64,000 nt of DNA from the human T2T-CHM13v2.0 reference genome, Homo sapiens. The DNA is taken from the NCBI RefSeq assembly GCF_009914755.1, contig NC_060938.1. One strand, written 5' to 3'. A program made the position numbers and the translations under genes. Of the stretch, positions 26,585 to 41,062 are shown in pieces (the first letter of the stretch is position 1; every line of letters begins with the position of its first letter). Below the pieces are notes generated by a model, which saw only the letters and a list, made by a program, of their open reading frames with translations, searched no databases and was not told the DNA's origin.

Positions 26585-27551
26585 CTGTAAACTATATGAG
26601 AACAAAGGTTTTCATTTTGTGGTTTCTACATAGAATCTCTCACACCATACCTAGTGCACAAAAAATGATGGGGATTTTTTTTTATTGAGCATGTTTTGTG
26701 ATTATGACATTATAAGTGCTTACTAGCACTGTATGTGCTTAACGGTATCACTGTAATAAAATTGAGTGCTTAATAAAGAGTTTGGGGAAATTACCTATAT
26801 TAATATAGCTAGTTTGGGGCAGAGTTCAAGGAATACAGAATGGATGGCAAATATATTCACTGTATGCAAATAAAACGTTGACTTCATTTTATTTTTTATA
26901 ACTGATCTAATAATCATCTTCATGAGCTTATATTCCAAAACAGTTAACTTCCTATGAATGCCATCTCAGTCCCATTTCCATTTAAAACAGATTGTTTTAA
27001 GTAAAACTGAAGTCTCAGAGATTGCCTTTCTCTTTCCCTCACTGGCCTTGAGTCTTCAGGCTCACAGGATTGAAGTTCTCTGTCTCTTCTTGAGCCTCTG
27101 TGCAGGTCGCCTGTCTTTTGGGTTTCAGCATGCCTTGCTGAAAGCATCAGCTAAAGATGTCTACAGGTGGCGCATTTGATTGCTGGTGCATTTGAGTGCT
27201 GCCTTCTTAAGGCTTGTGCAGAATCTAGCAGGCTTTCCAAATGGCCTAGTTTCATCTGATTTATGATGGTGTTAATTCCTTTCTGGCTGAAATTTTGAAA
27301 CACCCGAGCCCTTTACACACACCATGGTGAGCTTTAAAATCCACCAGCTGGAATTAACTAGCTTTGTTTTGTCTCCCTCTACAAAGTACTTATTGAATTC
27401 TGTAGACCTTTCATGCTGCTTAGGGGCCAAGGATGATCTTGAAGGGATGTACACCTTTGGCCAGACCACACCATGACACCAGTCTCCTGATGTGACTTCT
27501 CAAGTGGCACATAGCTCCTTAGTGAGTCAGAGACTGAAGCTGGAAATGGTT

Positions 27552-28006
27552 TGTGATTGCTAATTTGATATATAACCTTAACTGAGCTAAGGATGGATAG
27601 ATGGTTGATAAAACTTTGTTTCTGCATGTGTCTGTGAGGGTGTTTCTTGAAGAGATTAGCACTGAATCAGTAGGCTGACTAATAAATTCTACTGTCACCA
27701 AGGTAGGCAGACATTATCCAATCCACCGAGGGTATGAATAGGACAAAAAGGCAGGGACAGGGCAAATTCTCTCTCTCTCTTTTCTTGAGCTGGGACATTT
27801 ATCTTCTGCTTCCATGAACATTGGAGCTCCTGGTTCATGGATCTTCAGACTCTGGACTCACAACATTGGCCCCAATTGTTCTCAGGCTTTTGGACTTCGA
27901 TCTTACAACACTGGCTTTCCTGGTTCTCTAGCTTGCAGAAGGCAAATGGTGAAACTTCTCAGCCTCCATAATCATGTGAGCCAATTCATGTGATAAAGAG
28001 AGAGGA

Positions 28007-28037
<31 letters not shown>

Positions 28038-28317
28038 TATATACACACATGTAGATGAATATACATACACACATACAGGTGCATATATATACACATGTGT
28101 GTGTAGATATGTATATACACATGTATATATGCATACATGTATATGTATACATGAGTATATATGTGTGTGTATGTGTGTGTGTATATATATATATACATAC
28201 ACTTATATGTGTGTGTGTGTTTGTGTATATTCCCATAATAAATCTCTCTCTGTCCCTCCAGATATCTATTTTTATAAACTATTTGTTCTATTTCTCTGGA
28301 GAACCCTGATCGATACA
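27552..28317 (+). mobile_element. MLT2 (ERVL) solo LTR with expanded internal microsatellite
   Basis: TGTGATTG start, GTGTCTGTGAGGGTGTTTC, end TTTCTCTGGAGAACCCTGATCGATACA; TSD TGGTT / TGATT. Confidence 0.85.
28007..28230. repeat. Compound (TA)/(CA)/(TG) microsatellite, about 220 bp
   Basis: Near-continuous purine-pyrimidine alternation. Confidence 0.95.
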
Positions 28318-28622
28318 TGATTCAAAAGCCTCTTAGAACTGAGATTTTTCTCCGGAGTATTTCTCACCACTCCACTGAGATCTGGGCCTGGGGGAGTGAA
28401 GCCATGGCAGACCCCCCTCTGGCTCCCACTTGCTCTTTCTCAACCTTCCGTAGGGCTGAAGCAGAGCACTCACTATACAGGTGCATACCTTCTGGAGTGC
28501 ACTTTTCTCCATCATATCTTATTTCTTACTGGAGATAAAATGTCTACAGCTCAGTTTTGGAAGTAGCATCTTCCTACATGGAAGAAAAAATAATAATTAA
28601 ATTATAGCCTTCATGACCTGAC

Positions 28623-29146
28623 TGTTGGTATGTAAGAAAAAAAAATGTAACTGGTATGTAAGAAAAAAAAATGTACTGGGACATTTGTTAAGAACAGCAA
28701 GGAAAACTTTCTTCAAGACTATTGCAATAGGGGAGAAAGATTGAATTCAACTTTGCTGAAACAAAACTTCAATGCTGGGATGAACTAATGAAAAATTCCT
28801 GAAGCATGTTTTGAGGAGGTTGGTCAATATGATTAGGCCATTTAGGCCGTCTCTGTTTGCTGATTGTCACTTGTAAAAGTTATATTCCTGACTTTCCACA
28901 GAGGCTGGGAAACAGAGGATCCCTCTTTCTTGATTATTAGATTTCAAAGTGATGACTTCCATGTCTTTGAGAAAGATATTCCTGTGTTGTAGAAGATTTA
29001 CATCTTAAAGGTCAGAAGAAGAATGTCCTATTGTAAGTTTTATAAAGTAAATACTCTAAGAAAAGAGACATCAGGGTCCTATAGTCAGGAAGAAACTTAT
29101 CTAAAGTTTATTCAAGCTGAGAACAACATTAAAACTGCCTTGGTCA
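28623..29146 (-). mobile_element. ERV1 solo LTR, MER67/MER31-like
   Basis: Minus strand starts TGACCAAGGCAG...CTCAGCTTGAATAAACTTTAGATAAGTTTCTTCCTGACTATAGG and ends TACCAACA; TSD not recovered. Confidence 0.6.
28626..28675. repeat. Tandem duplication of TGGTATGTAAGAAAAAAAAATGTA
   Basis: Two identical adjacent copies. Confidence 0.9.
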
Positions 29147-29499
29147 AGTAGGACCTTTGTAATTTAGAAATCTTTTTCTTCACAAAGCCTGCCTTTTAAA
29201 ATTTTCCTTTGGTATACATTTGTTAGAATGGTCTTACAACTGATCAAATATATCTTTTTTTCCCTTGGTAGTACCTGACTTCTACTCTTTTAGGGATAAC
29301 AAAAAATAAAAATAAACAATAATAAACAATAATAAAACAATAATTAAAACAATAATTTAAAAAAGTTATAAATTATAATAATTATATTTAAAATTATATC
29401 TTAAAAAAGATATCACTGTCATAATAAATAAGCTCTCAAGAAACTACTTTATTGCAAAGTTTTAGCTTCTGAAGTTGGACATTTTACAAATAGTACCTC

Positions 29500-29665
29500 T
29501 ACTTTTTCTCCATTGATCTATTAGTTTATCTGTAAACTGGAAATTATAGCATTTAGCTGGCAGAATTTCTGAGACAGTAAAAAGAGATAATGCAGGCAAT
29601 TGCTTAGTAGAATAAGATTTCCAGTAGGCATTCAGGTATGCTAGTAATTATTATTACCATTATTA
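29500..29665 (+). mobile_element. MIR remnant
   Basis: TTTATCTGTAAACTGG...GAGATAATGCAGG...TGCTTAGTAG...TATTATTA core pattern. Confidence 0.55.
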
Positions 29666-30481
29666 CTGTTGTAAAAAGTTTGTTTTGCTTTTAGAAATTG
29701 GCTAGTGGTATTGTCTCATCTAACATTCCACCTAAGAGTTAAGTGATATTCCCCTAGTAATCTGTTCTAATGAGTGAATGAATGAGAAAAAAATGTATTA
29801 CAAATGCATAGTAAGATTTTCCTCCCTAAATCTCCTACTCCCCTCAAAAAAGTAAAATAAGAAAATAAGTAATTCTTAAAGTCCTATTGTCTCCATGAGA
29901 AAATAGACTACTCTAATTAGTTTTGATGTCTAGGCAAAGCACATGCGTAGTCTTGTGATAAGGGCATACCAATCAGTCACTGTCAAGAGCCCTAATTCAC
30001 AAAGTGCTTGTGTTTCATTATGTCAAGTGGTCACCTGTCTTTTAAAAAGTGCCAATAAATCTTTTTAAAATGATAACATGTCGATGTGGTAATGAAGATA
30101 GTTGATGTGGAAATGAAGTAAATTTAAGTATTAAACCATATGAAACATATTTCTATTTTCCTGTATTTGTAGTCTAATCCATATATCAACCCCAGTCTCT
30201 GCATTCAAACATGAGAACAGATATGTATGTATAATTACACAAAATATTTGAATAATCTATACAAGGGGAGAAAACATTTCCCTGTTCACCTTACCTTTAT
30301 GCCATATCCTGTGATGTTGTATTGGTCCCCTAAATCTGTATGTATTCCCCAGAAAGCAGCAAAATTACACTCTTAATTTTGGGGAGGATGGCATATTTGG
30401 AAATACGTAATTTTATAAAAGTGCAACCTAAACTAAGTCTTTTCTTACCTTTGAAACAATTGATATTAAAGAGACTCAAAT

Positions 30482-31024
30482 TAGTTTGTCCCCCTTTATC
30501 TGTGGTTTCAAGTTCCTTTCCACAATTTCAGTTATCCAAGGTACACGGCTGTCTGAAAATATTAAATAAAAAATTCTAGAAATAAACACTTCATGTTTCA
30601 AATTGCACCACTCTGAGTAGTGTAATGAAATCTTGTGCCACTCTGCTCCATTCTGCCTGGAACGTGAATCATGCCTTTGCTTCACATATCCACGTGCTGT
30701 ATACACTACTTGCCTGTTAGTAACTAAATACCCCTCTTGGTTATCAGATTGACTGACCTGGTATTGTTGAGCTTGTATTCAAATAACCCTTATTTTACTT
30801 AATAATGGCCCCAAAGCATAAGAGTAGTGATGCTGGCATATTTTTATAAATGGTCTATTTAATTATTAGTTATTGTTAATCTTTACTGTGCCTAATTTAT
30901 AAATTAAACTTTATCACAAGTATGTATGTATACAAAGAAAACATAGTATATATAGTTCTTTCTGTACTAAAAGTTTCAAGCATCCACTTGGAATTTATCA
31001 CCAATAGGTAAGGAAGGACTACTG
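30482..31024 (+). mobile_element. MER44 (Tigger7-derived) DNA transposon
   Basis: Degenerate TIRs AGTTTGTCCCCTTTATC / GGTAAGGAAGGACTACTG; GAAAATATTAAAT...AAATTCTAGAAATAAAC; GGCCCCAAAGCATAAGAGTAGTGATGCTGGCA. Confidence 0.8.
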
Positions 31025-32522
31025 CATTCTGGCTGCACTAAATAAACTGGTCATATTAGTCTATACAAATAAGATTAGGAAGGCGAGTATGCCATATTAT
31101 GTCACATAATGATTTCAACGTAAAACATGAATGACATTTAGAGATTAAACTTCTTTGGTTTATTTATATATTAGATTCCTATATTTAACAATAGTAACTG
31201 AGAGCCAGCAATATGAAAATAAACTGTAATTGTACAAACAAAAAATGTTTTTGAAATCTCTGCCAGAACATTTAATAATATAGGATGAAATTTCTTCACT
31301 TCTCTTTGGGTTCGTTTCAGAAGCAACTAGTTTTTCTGATTGTTATTTTTGACTTATAATTTTCAAAATAAACAATAACTTAGGGAGAACTACTAGACAG
31401 ATACAAATGTGGAAGTAAATCATAATTCTATCTTGAATATTAATCTTAACTCTGATATAAAATTAGAAAATAATACAAGTAAATTGAAATATGTATTTGC
31501 ATTATAAAGTTAATGGCATCATCAATACTGACAACCAGAGAAAAGAGCCTTTCAATCAGATATGAGCTATGGAATCTAAGATGTTATTTGAATTAAATTA
31601 AGCATGTTAGTATGCAAACACATCTAAAAAATGCCAAAGTGATTAATAATAGCAAGAAAAATAATTCAACACTAACAAGTGGTCCTGCTATGGTGGTTGA
31701 GTTGATTTGACACTGACAAGACAAAATGTTCCCCTGAAGTATTTTATCTTGATTAATATTTTTATTCTTAAAAAATGTTCTTCATTTCTGGGGCAGATAA
31801 GACTCCTTGTAAGAATGGAGATGAGGGGATAAAGAGTTGGTAGTTGAAATACTTTGAAATTATTTTTGAATCTAAGACATTATTTCTTAGATATTAAAAA
31901 CAGAAGACGATATGCTGGAGACTACCTATTGTAGTGGACTGACCGCCTAAAGTGAGAAATCATTTGCTGTGATTTTTTTCATATGAGAATAAATTGTTTG
32001 GATTAGGTTTAAATGTAAACCATTTATAAATAAGTAGTTCTAGCAAGATAATTTTTTGCCAATATTTAAACTATCACCTCATTTTATAATATATTTATGT
32101 GAAGACCCCGTTTCTCAGGATGATAAAGTAGAGTGAAGAGGAAAGATCGATTATTTTTGTTTTGTGTGTGTCAAGATTTCTTAATTTGTTTAATTTTTCT
32201 TCCTGAAAATTAACATGTAAAGTTTAAGTAAGTAAAAATAATTATAATGAATCCAATAAAGAAAATAATATATTTTTAATCCATAGGTTTTTTAAAACTA
32301 ACTTTATATTTTTGCTTACCTTTAGGAAATATGAGAGGCCATAAAGTGGTGAGAGTAAAACAATTAATTTTTCAGTATCACAAACTCAACCTTACTGAAT
32401 TACCTTAAAAATCCACTTATTCTTATACATTGTGTAAGGAAAATAAAAATCAAATAACTAAACAAAATTATGTCACAATTATTTTCAGAAAATTGTTTAT
32501 GTAATGTTATTAGCTGTTACCT

Positions 32523-32670
32523 TTGGAATATATATATAATATATATAATTGGAATATATATAATATAATATAATATATAATTGGAATATATATATTACAT
32601 ATAATATATTTATTATATTATATATTTGAAATATATATAATATATATAATATAATATAATATAATATAAC
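32523..32670. repeat. AT-rich minisatellite (TTGGAATATATATA...)x3 plus (TATAA)n
   Basis: Seen directly. Confidence 0.85.
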
Positions 32671-32829
32671 TTAATAGAGGAAGCTTATGAGACGTAAGTT
32701 GGAGAATCTGCTGCCAGTGTGCAGGAAATCACAAAGCAAGAATCACAGGAAACTGCTGATGATTTTGACTGCCTACAACAAAATTGTGGGTGCTTTCCAG
32801 AAGACCACTGGAACTGACTATGAGCTTCT

Positions 32830-33160
32830 GGCACTGTTATCATAGGAGACAACAGTTCCATCTGTGTTATTGCCCCTGAAAACCGTCCAGTGGGACAAGA
32901 TGTGCAAAAGGAACACTGTGATTTGGATGGTCCTGACTCTGTGTCAACCTTCTGTGTATTTGCTTCTCAGTTTTTCACACAAAAATTTTAGGTAAAAAAA
33001 TTAATTTAAAATAGATAAAAGCATATATAATTTGCATATAGGTAAAATGTTTTTGTATAGCTGTATAATATGTTTTAAGCTGTGTTATTACAAAAATAAA
33101 TATATTCAGAAATTTAAAAGCATATAAAATAAAACAGTTGCAGTAAATCCTGGTAATAAT
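32830..33160 (+). mobile_element. Tigger3-type internal fragment
   Basis: Similar to 41425-41760 of this window (TGTTATCATA...CAG.TCCAT...TGCCCCTGAA...CCAGTGGGACAAG). Confidence 0.65.
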
Positions 33161-33639
33161 AGCAATATTATTAGGGAAAGAATCTGTAAACAACTCCAAA
33201 GTACGGTCTTCTGGATTCATAGTACAAGTACAAGTCTCATTGAATCTGTTTCAAACTAGGAAAAGGCACTAGTTCTTCATCTCAGTGAACTATTACTAAC
33301 TCACTAATAAAAAAAAATTTACGGTTCAAAATCATTTTAATATAACATAGAATATAGTATACCTTTTTATTTTATTTTAATTCTTTCATTAATATGATTT
33401 AGAATTCTAAACAATAATTATTAGGCCTCTCTAAAAAGACATAGGGTCTCTAATTCTTTACTGTGGGCATTTCCTGTGAATGAATGAAACTAATAGTTTA
33501 TGAGATAGATAGGACATTCAATTGCTATAAATAGAGAAGAGAAGGGAGAGTATTAATTGTCACCTATATAGAGGTGCTTGCACAAATACCATTATCGAAT
33601 TTTGTTAACATAGTCAATAAGTTTACAGAACAGTCCTTC

Positions 33640-34510
33640 ATATAATATTTCTCAAATACATAGAGAGGACTTATAATATTACAGGCACTGTTTCAGGGGC
33701 TTGGAGTATTTCAGTGGACAAAACTGAAGAAGTCTCCCGCCCTCGTGGAGCTTACACTCTAGCAAGGAGACAGTGAAATGTCTAGTATGGAAAATCAAAG
33801 AAACATTATAGCAGGTTTAAAGAATAGAGAGTTCAGGAGCTGAAGGCAGGCAGGAGTGAAGGAACAAGGGAAGAGTAACAAGATTGAAAGTAGAGATTTG
33901 AAAAAAGGATTGAAGGATGTGAAGAAGTTTATCACATGGATATCTGGAGAAAAGAGTGTTCCAGGTTGAGAAAAGTACTGAAGTCATCACAGTCTTACGT
34001 TGGCAGCATGTTGGCCTGTCTTTGAGACTGAGGAGACCAGAGGGCTGGAGCAAGAGTGAGCAAAGCTGGGGTAATGAAAGATATGATCACTAGTCACTGT
34101 ATGGAATTTTTCATTTGTTCTGATGAAAAGGGCTGCCTATTGCGGGGTTTTGTCCAGAGTGGTATCACGGAATATATTTTAGCACATCATTTAGCACATC
34201 ATGCTGAGTTGAAAGTCATTGGGAGGGCAAAGGTAGACACATTCAGATAGATGGAGGTTATTGTAGTGAACCAACCGATAGATACATGAAAAGACTGGGG
34301 TCATGGCAGTGGTAAAAACCTAAAAAAGATTCCGTATATATTTTTGAAGGTGAAGTCATGAGGATTTCATAATAGATTGGATGTAGACTTGTGAACAAAA
34401 GAGAGGAGCCAAAGATGAGTCTAAGTTTTTTGGCATGAACAACTAAAAGGATAACGTTGTTATTACTGAGATGGGGAAGGGTGTGAATGCAGCAGTCTTG
34501 GGCCAATCAA
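33640..34510 (-). mobile_element. L2a 3' region
   Basis: CAGGCACTGTTTCAGGGGCTTGG...GCCCTCGTGGAGCTTACACTCTAG; CAAAGATGAGTCTAAGTTTTTTGGCATGAACAACT...TACTGAGATGGGGAAG. Confidence 0.8.
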
Positions 34511-35819
34511 TCAACAATTTTACATTGAATTGATTATTTTACATATTTTTTATATGTTATTCAGCATGACCCTGTGAAATCTTTGTCTCTATTTCACAGA
34601 AAAGAAAATCGGAGTTCTCTAATAGTGCTTAAGCTTTATAAGTATGATGGCAAAATTACTAACATTTTAGTTCAACACTGGGATTAATAGAGTCAAGAGA
34701 GCCATGCTCACCACATTATCTCATGTAACCACTTCCTAACATAATGAAAATCTACCCTTTTTCTCCTTGTTGTGAATGTACTGCTATGCTATCCCATTGC
34801 TGTAAAATGCCATCTACTACGTGAGTCATTATCAGAGAACAGACCTGTAATCTAGTGTTCCCCATCTTCAGTTGTTAAAACATCAGACACTTGCTTTAAC
34901 AAACCCTCTTTCTTCATTCACTATCATGGTGCTATTATTATTATCCATTTCTGTTACCCTTGCAATATTCTTTGATTGATTCACTAATAGCTTAATTTCT
35001 AATTTGCTCATCTGCAGCAAAAATACATTTTAAACTAATTGCATTTACTGCACCGTGAGTTACTGAAATATTTAGACTTATTGCTAGTAAATGCAAAAAT
35101 ATGCTTACTGATGGAATATAAAAATAAGTAATTGGTAAACCAATGAAAATGTACATTATCTGGCATCATTGATCTTATAAAAGTTTAATGGAGGCTAGAA
35201 GAAATATATCATTACCTTTCTAAGGAACTAAATAAAATGATAGGTTTACATAGCAAACTAATATTTGAATATACTGAGAGTCAATTTGTCATTCACTGAT
35301 AACTTTTAAATTTATTATACAAAGATTAATAATTTTTCTTGGTTGATTGAATTTACAACCAAAACTCATCATATTTGACAACATGCAGAGCTAGCTATCT
35401 CTTCATTTACTCTTCCTGTCCTTCTATGCATCCACTTTGAGCATATTTGTTGGCACTATTATAAATAATCTCTATCAACATAGAGAGTCTACTTATTTAC
35501 TCATTTACTTTTGTTGCTAATAAACTTCAAATTCATAAAAATATACTGTTGGTTTCATTATTTTGTTTATTTATTTATTAAGATAAAGCTTGTTAAATTA
35601 TTGAGTTCTCAAAGCTATTTTACCTTACTCTTTTTAATGTTACACCTTTCTTTACCTCTTCTTGTTCTGAGATTTTGATTGGGCATAACATCACGCAAGT
35701 AGGCAAATGAAAGTAATATATGTGGCAAGAAAAAATATTTTCATAAGATTCTTGAATTGTGTTAAGATAAAAACAATTTGGTGCTAAGTAATAGCAGAAA
35801 ATAACCTTTGATAATAAGT

Positions 35820-36035
35820 AATGATTACAACCACTTACTCATGATATGCAGCATATTTGTGTACATTAACAAAATTGAAATAATACTATGGCTTAAATAC
35901 AATTGTCCTCATTTTACAGTTCAGTTAACAGAGGATAGAAGCATGCCAATGTCACATAGTAGGAATAGGCAGAAGGGGGATTTTACTGGAGTCTCTCTGA
36001 TTCTGAGGTTGGCAGTCTTTTATAGTACACCTCCC
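35820..36035 (-). mobile_element. MIR remnant
   Basis: TGTCCTCATTTTACAG...GTCACATAG antisense MIR core. Confidence 0.5.
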
Positions 36036-37354
36036 TGATCCTTCAGGATGAAACAATTAGTGTTACTAAGACTTCTAAGTAGGTGGAAGTTAGGTTAAGA
36101 TATGCAGAATTCATCCTTTAGGCAACAATGAACCCTTGAAACATATGAATAAGGAAGTCATAAGATAATTATGGTATCACAGGCAGATTAATTTGGCTGT
36201 AGTTCACAGAATTGACGGTAGGGCAGAAAGGGATAAAATAGCTGATTATTACTCCATTCTACTCTAGTTACAAGTTGATAATTATGTTAGATACAGGGTT
36301 GGTAATATAAGCAAAAAGGAAGAATAGATTAAAAGATTTTTTTAAGAATAACAGGATTTGATGATGGGCTCTATGTAAGCAGAAAGAACACAGAGAATGA
36401 CCCAAAGGTTTTATATATTATAAATGTTATGGATTCTATTTTTGACTGCTACCATTCATATGACTGAACTTGTGCAAAACCACTTACTCTATTCCGTCTG
36501 CTTCAGAGGGCTTCTTGCAAAAATTGCAGTACATAAGGTATACCAAAGTGCTTTATAAACAGTTAAAGCCCCAACAAATAAAATGTTTTGTATTGAGTTT
36601 AAACATTACTCAAAGACAGTATTCAAAGTGATATTGCCACCTCTACAGCAATTCTGAGGGATCAATATTATTCAGGTAGATGACACTTTGACAAATCTTC
36701 AAATTAAAATAAAACTAAAGAAAACAGAATAAAAACATATTGTCAATGTTTTCACTTTTACACAAAGCAGGTGTGAAAGGTAACAAATTGTCTGTAGAAA
36801 GCCTAAAATATAATAAATACAAGAGAAGAGCACTAAAGAATTAAGAAGAGCAGAATCAAGTTTCTATATAAAATCTGCATATTCTGTCACAGACAAATAA
36901 TCACTGTTTAATACAGTGTTTTAGTTAGATGGGAAATGATAATATCTTTTCAACATAAACCAGCCTTATGGCAAAAGAGGTTTCAGAAAAATCCTTAACT
37001 GTGAAGAACAGTTTTGGGACTTTGAAATAGCCACATTGTTGATTTTCATGGGTGAAACAATTCCTAATTTAATTCAACCCAAAGTTGTTTTCAAGGTGTG
37101 TGCAGACAGGTTAGATGGATGAGGAATCTGAGCTGTAGGCCAGGATTGAAGGTATGACACTAGAACTTCTGAAAGAAACTTACTGTAATAAAGAGTTTAG
37201 GCCACACTCAGCAGCAAGCCTCGAAGGATGGAAGCAGCATGATTTCACAAGTAATTTAAGAGTTGTTCCTTGTCATTTCCTAGTGAGCCCATCCTTGAAG
37301 GGTCTATGTAATACACAGAAGAGTGTGAAATAGTGAGTGAATGAAATTGTGTGA

Positions 37355-37524
37355 TCAATTTGGCTCACCTGGATAATCCAGCATAATGTCCACATTTCAA
37401 GTTCCATAATCTTAGTCACATCTACAAAGTCCCCTTTGCTGTGTAAAGTAGTGTAAAGTAATATATGTACAGGTTTTAGGGATTATGGCATGAACATCTT
37501 TGGGACAATTATTCTGCTTACCAC
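37355..37524 (-). mobile_element. MLT1D-type LTR 5' fragment
   Basis: Minus strand begins TGTGGTAAGCAGAATAATTGTCCCAAAGATGTTCATG. Confidence 0.7.
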
Positions 37525-38747
37525 ACTATCATGAGGATTTCTTTTGTGCAAGCTTATTCATAAACTTAAAATAATTAGAATTTTATATTTTTACTAAATG
37601 AAAGATTATATGATATCTTTTGGCAAAATGGCAAAAAGAAAACCTATTAGGTCCTGTTCAAGGCTCCATGTCCTCATTGACCACCTACAATACACCTACT
37701 GATAGGTAAGCTGTGCCAAGCAAATATTAGAGGAAGACTTTTAGTGCTACATTTTCTAATCTCACCAACAACTCTAAACTATGAGAGATTTCCCTACAGC
37801 ATTCTAATGAAAACCTAAACCATGATAATTTATAGGATTTCACTAATTCTATGTCCTGCTAAATCTCAGCAATCCAGAGAAGCTACACAATATTTGGTGG
37901 TGGTATAAAACAACGTCTAGGAATTTCTTCAACGCTGCAGAAATGTTTTCTGCATTCTGTTTTGTCTAAATATTTTCACTACATTCTAACTGACATGGGA
38001 CACAAGGGGGATACAACTGATGTTGAGATGTATTTTTAATCATTTATACAGGCATGTACCATGTTTATCATGCCAAAACTGAAAATATGCTCTTAGAGAC
38101 TAATCAAAATAATGTGGTTCAAGGGAGAAACTCCACTAGTTTCTGAACAATCCATGAATCAAGATACTTAGGAAAGTGGTGATGGATTGAAAATCACTAT
38201 GAGACTGAACACAATTCTTAATAATAAATTCTCAAGAAAAATAGGAAGAGGGAAATACAGAAGTATTTAGTGTCACAAAAGGTAATTTAAAAACTGGACA
38301 TGCTGGAAATTTGGTCCCTCGGGTGTTCTGAATTATAATTATGTAAACAAATGTCATTATATTTTAGGAGATCAAAGATATTTAGAGAAATGCATTATTA
38401 GTGACTTAAAAATATAAAAATAATAGCTACTGTGATTTAGGATTAAAAAATTAAAAAATGAAAACTCTTAAGTTTTGAAAGTATTGAGAATAATGGAAAT
38501 TCATTCTAGAGTTTATATTATAACAAGAGGAAAAGAAAAAGTGGTATGACCTTGAAACAAGAAAATTATTGGTGAGACAGGAAAAATAATGAAATAGAAG
38601 AGCAGCCAGCATGTCTCAGGCTCAATGTGAAATCTAGATGTTGTAAATTGTTTCAGTCTGATGTATAAACTAGCACAAGAGATTCTTGTAATAAATATAT
38701 AAGAAATCTTAAGTGTAAACTGTCAAATAGTCTGTTAGGAGTCAATT

Positions 38748-38822
38748 AAAATAGGTTTAATAATTACTAAAATAGGTTTAATAATTATTAAAATAGGTTT
38801 AATAATAGGTTTAATAATAATT
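38748..38822. repeat. 21-bp tandem repeat AAAATAGGTTTAATAATTA(C/T)T, about 3.5 copies
   Basis: Seen directly. Confidence 0.85.
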
Positions 38823-39423
38823 AATTGAAAATATTATTTTTCCATATAAATAATTTTTATTATGGAAGTTCATATCCAATGTGGATAATTATGTGCTTAA
38901 CTGGATTTCCTTTTTAAAAAAGAATACAGAAGTAATATTATTTCTGCTTGGTGTTTTAGGAGAGTTTCTTTTCTTTTCTTTTTTACGTTCTTTTTGTCAA
39001 AAAGACTGAAGTACCAGCTATTGACTGTGTGACTATAATTGATCTGGTAGTGGAAAGTGGAATTTTTCCAGTTGATGCAGAGATTAGAATTGACTTAGCA
39101 GTAGAACTCATAAAAGGGTTAATAAAATACAAAGAATAACACAATAACTGCTCTTAAAAAAGATTATAATTCAACTACAGCAGTCACTTCTACCTACTTT
39201 AATTAATCTAGTCAGCATTCTGCAAGGAGACTGAAGTTTCTATTTTAGTTTGGTTGTTCAGAAACTGATGCAGAGTTCTAAGAAAAAAAGAGTCATTTCT
39301 CGCAGGGGTTTTGAATCTAGTCACATATTTACTATGTTTTTCTTTTTACTTCATTTTCTTGTTAAATCAAGGTTTTTAAAAATAGTAAGTTTTGTGTTTA
39401 CTACAAGATGTTACTAGTTATAA

Positions 39424-39850
<427 letters not shown>

Positions 39851-40559
39851 TATTATATTTATACAATATATTTAACTCTTGTCCCCAATATCTTTCTGTC
39901 ATATTCACAATGGTAAGACATGTCTTCTATATCATATTTCTGTGTTTATTTCATGTTAGTGACAATTTATATCTCTCCTCAATTTTAATGCAATTTTTAT
40001 TCTTCCTCTTCTCTCCATTGTTTCTTTTCTTTCTTTAATACTTATCTGTTCTAATTTTCTGATTTATCTAATATTTTATTATATAATGTTTAATTGTCTT
40101 CTCAAAATTCTTATACAGGTTCAGTTATTTTTGTTTACTTCCTAAAATGTTTCAATGTTTGTTATGTTATTTAGTTCTCAATATATGTGAAATTATTGGA
40201 TCAAAAGAAACTCTTATTTAAACCTGCATTTCTTATAAAACCCCTTACATAACATTAATTTAAATTGTATCAAAGTAATAAATGTATACAGTTGAAGATA
40301 TACTAGTGTTAAATAACTTCAATGAAAGATAGCAATCACCTGTCCCATCTAACCATTACCTATTGTTCCTCTTATACAAAGGCAAACTATTGTTACCATT
40401 TTCAGCTTTTTAAAAATTTACCTAAACATATCATAATACTTTTCTTATACTGCTGTTTTTGATTAATACATTTTAGATAAATTTTAATTTTCTTTTATAT
40501 AGTTGGAAAGTGTAGCTCTCTTACATTATTAGCTATTCTCACTCAATTTATATTAAAAA

Positions 40560-40720
40560 TTATATATAAGTATATATATATACTTTAGTCTGAAAGTATA
40601 CTGTATATAGTGTGTGTATATATATTATATATATAGTGTGTGTATATATACACACAATAGATATGAATATCTGTATTTATATATGATATATATAAAACAT
40701 TTATCATGTGTATATATGTT
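40560..40720. repeat. (TA)/(TG)-rich low-complexity tract
   Basis: Seen directly. Confidence 0.8.
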
Positions 40721-41062
40721 TCAAGTGTAATTAAGTGAGACCTGAATATTTGAGTTTAACCTCAAGCAAAATATTGATATTTAATTAATAAATGTCTTTA
40801 CTAAATTTGAGACTGTAATGGTGCTGACCTGATTTGGTAATTCATTATTATGATGTTGATTGGCATAAGAAATTTATTCAGAGCATGTTAGAGTTTTAAT
40901 ACATACCTAGTTTAGCTGTGTGTAATGCTTTACATATGTAAAAAAATTCCATATTTACACAGGTATGTGAAAATCTTTGCTGTGAAACCCTTTTCAAATT
41001 AAAATTGTGAGGCTTATTATTATGAAATCATGAAAAAATATATCTGTAACATAGTATATATG

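Noticed and set aside
27928-28320. Cluster of overlapping Y/I/H/T/C/V-rich ORFs
   Set aside because: Translation artefact of the (TA)/(CA)/(TG) microsatellite.
30285-32325. Minus-strand donor-like motifs (AAG|GTAAG) near 30295, 30450 and 32320
   Set aside because: I could not pair them with acceptors or an open frame, so no exon is supportable without transcript data.
34178-37460. Micro-duplications of 10-12 bp (TTTAGCACATCA x2 at 34178, GTGTAAAGTA x2 at 37441)
   Set aside because: Ordinary slippage events inside old repeats.
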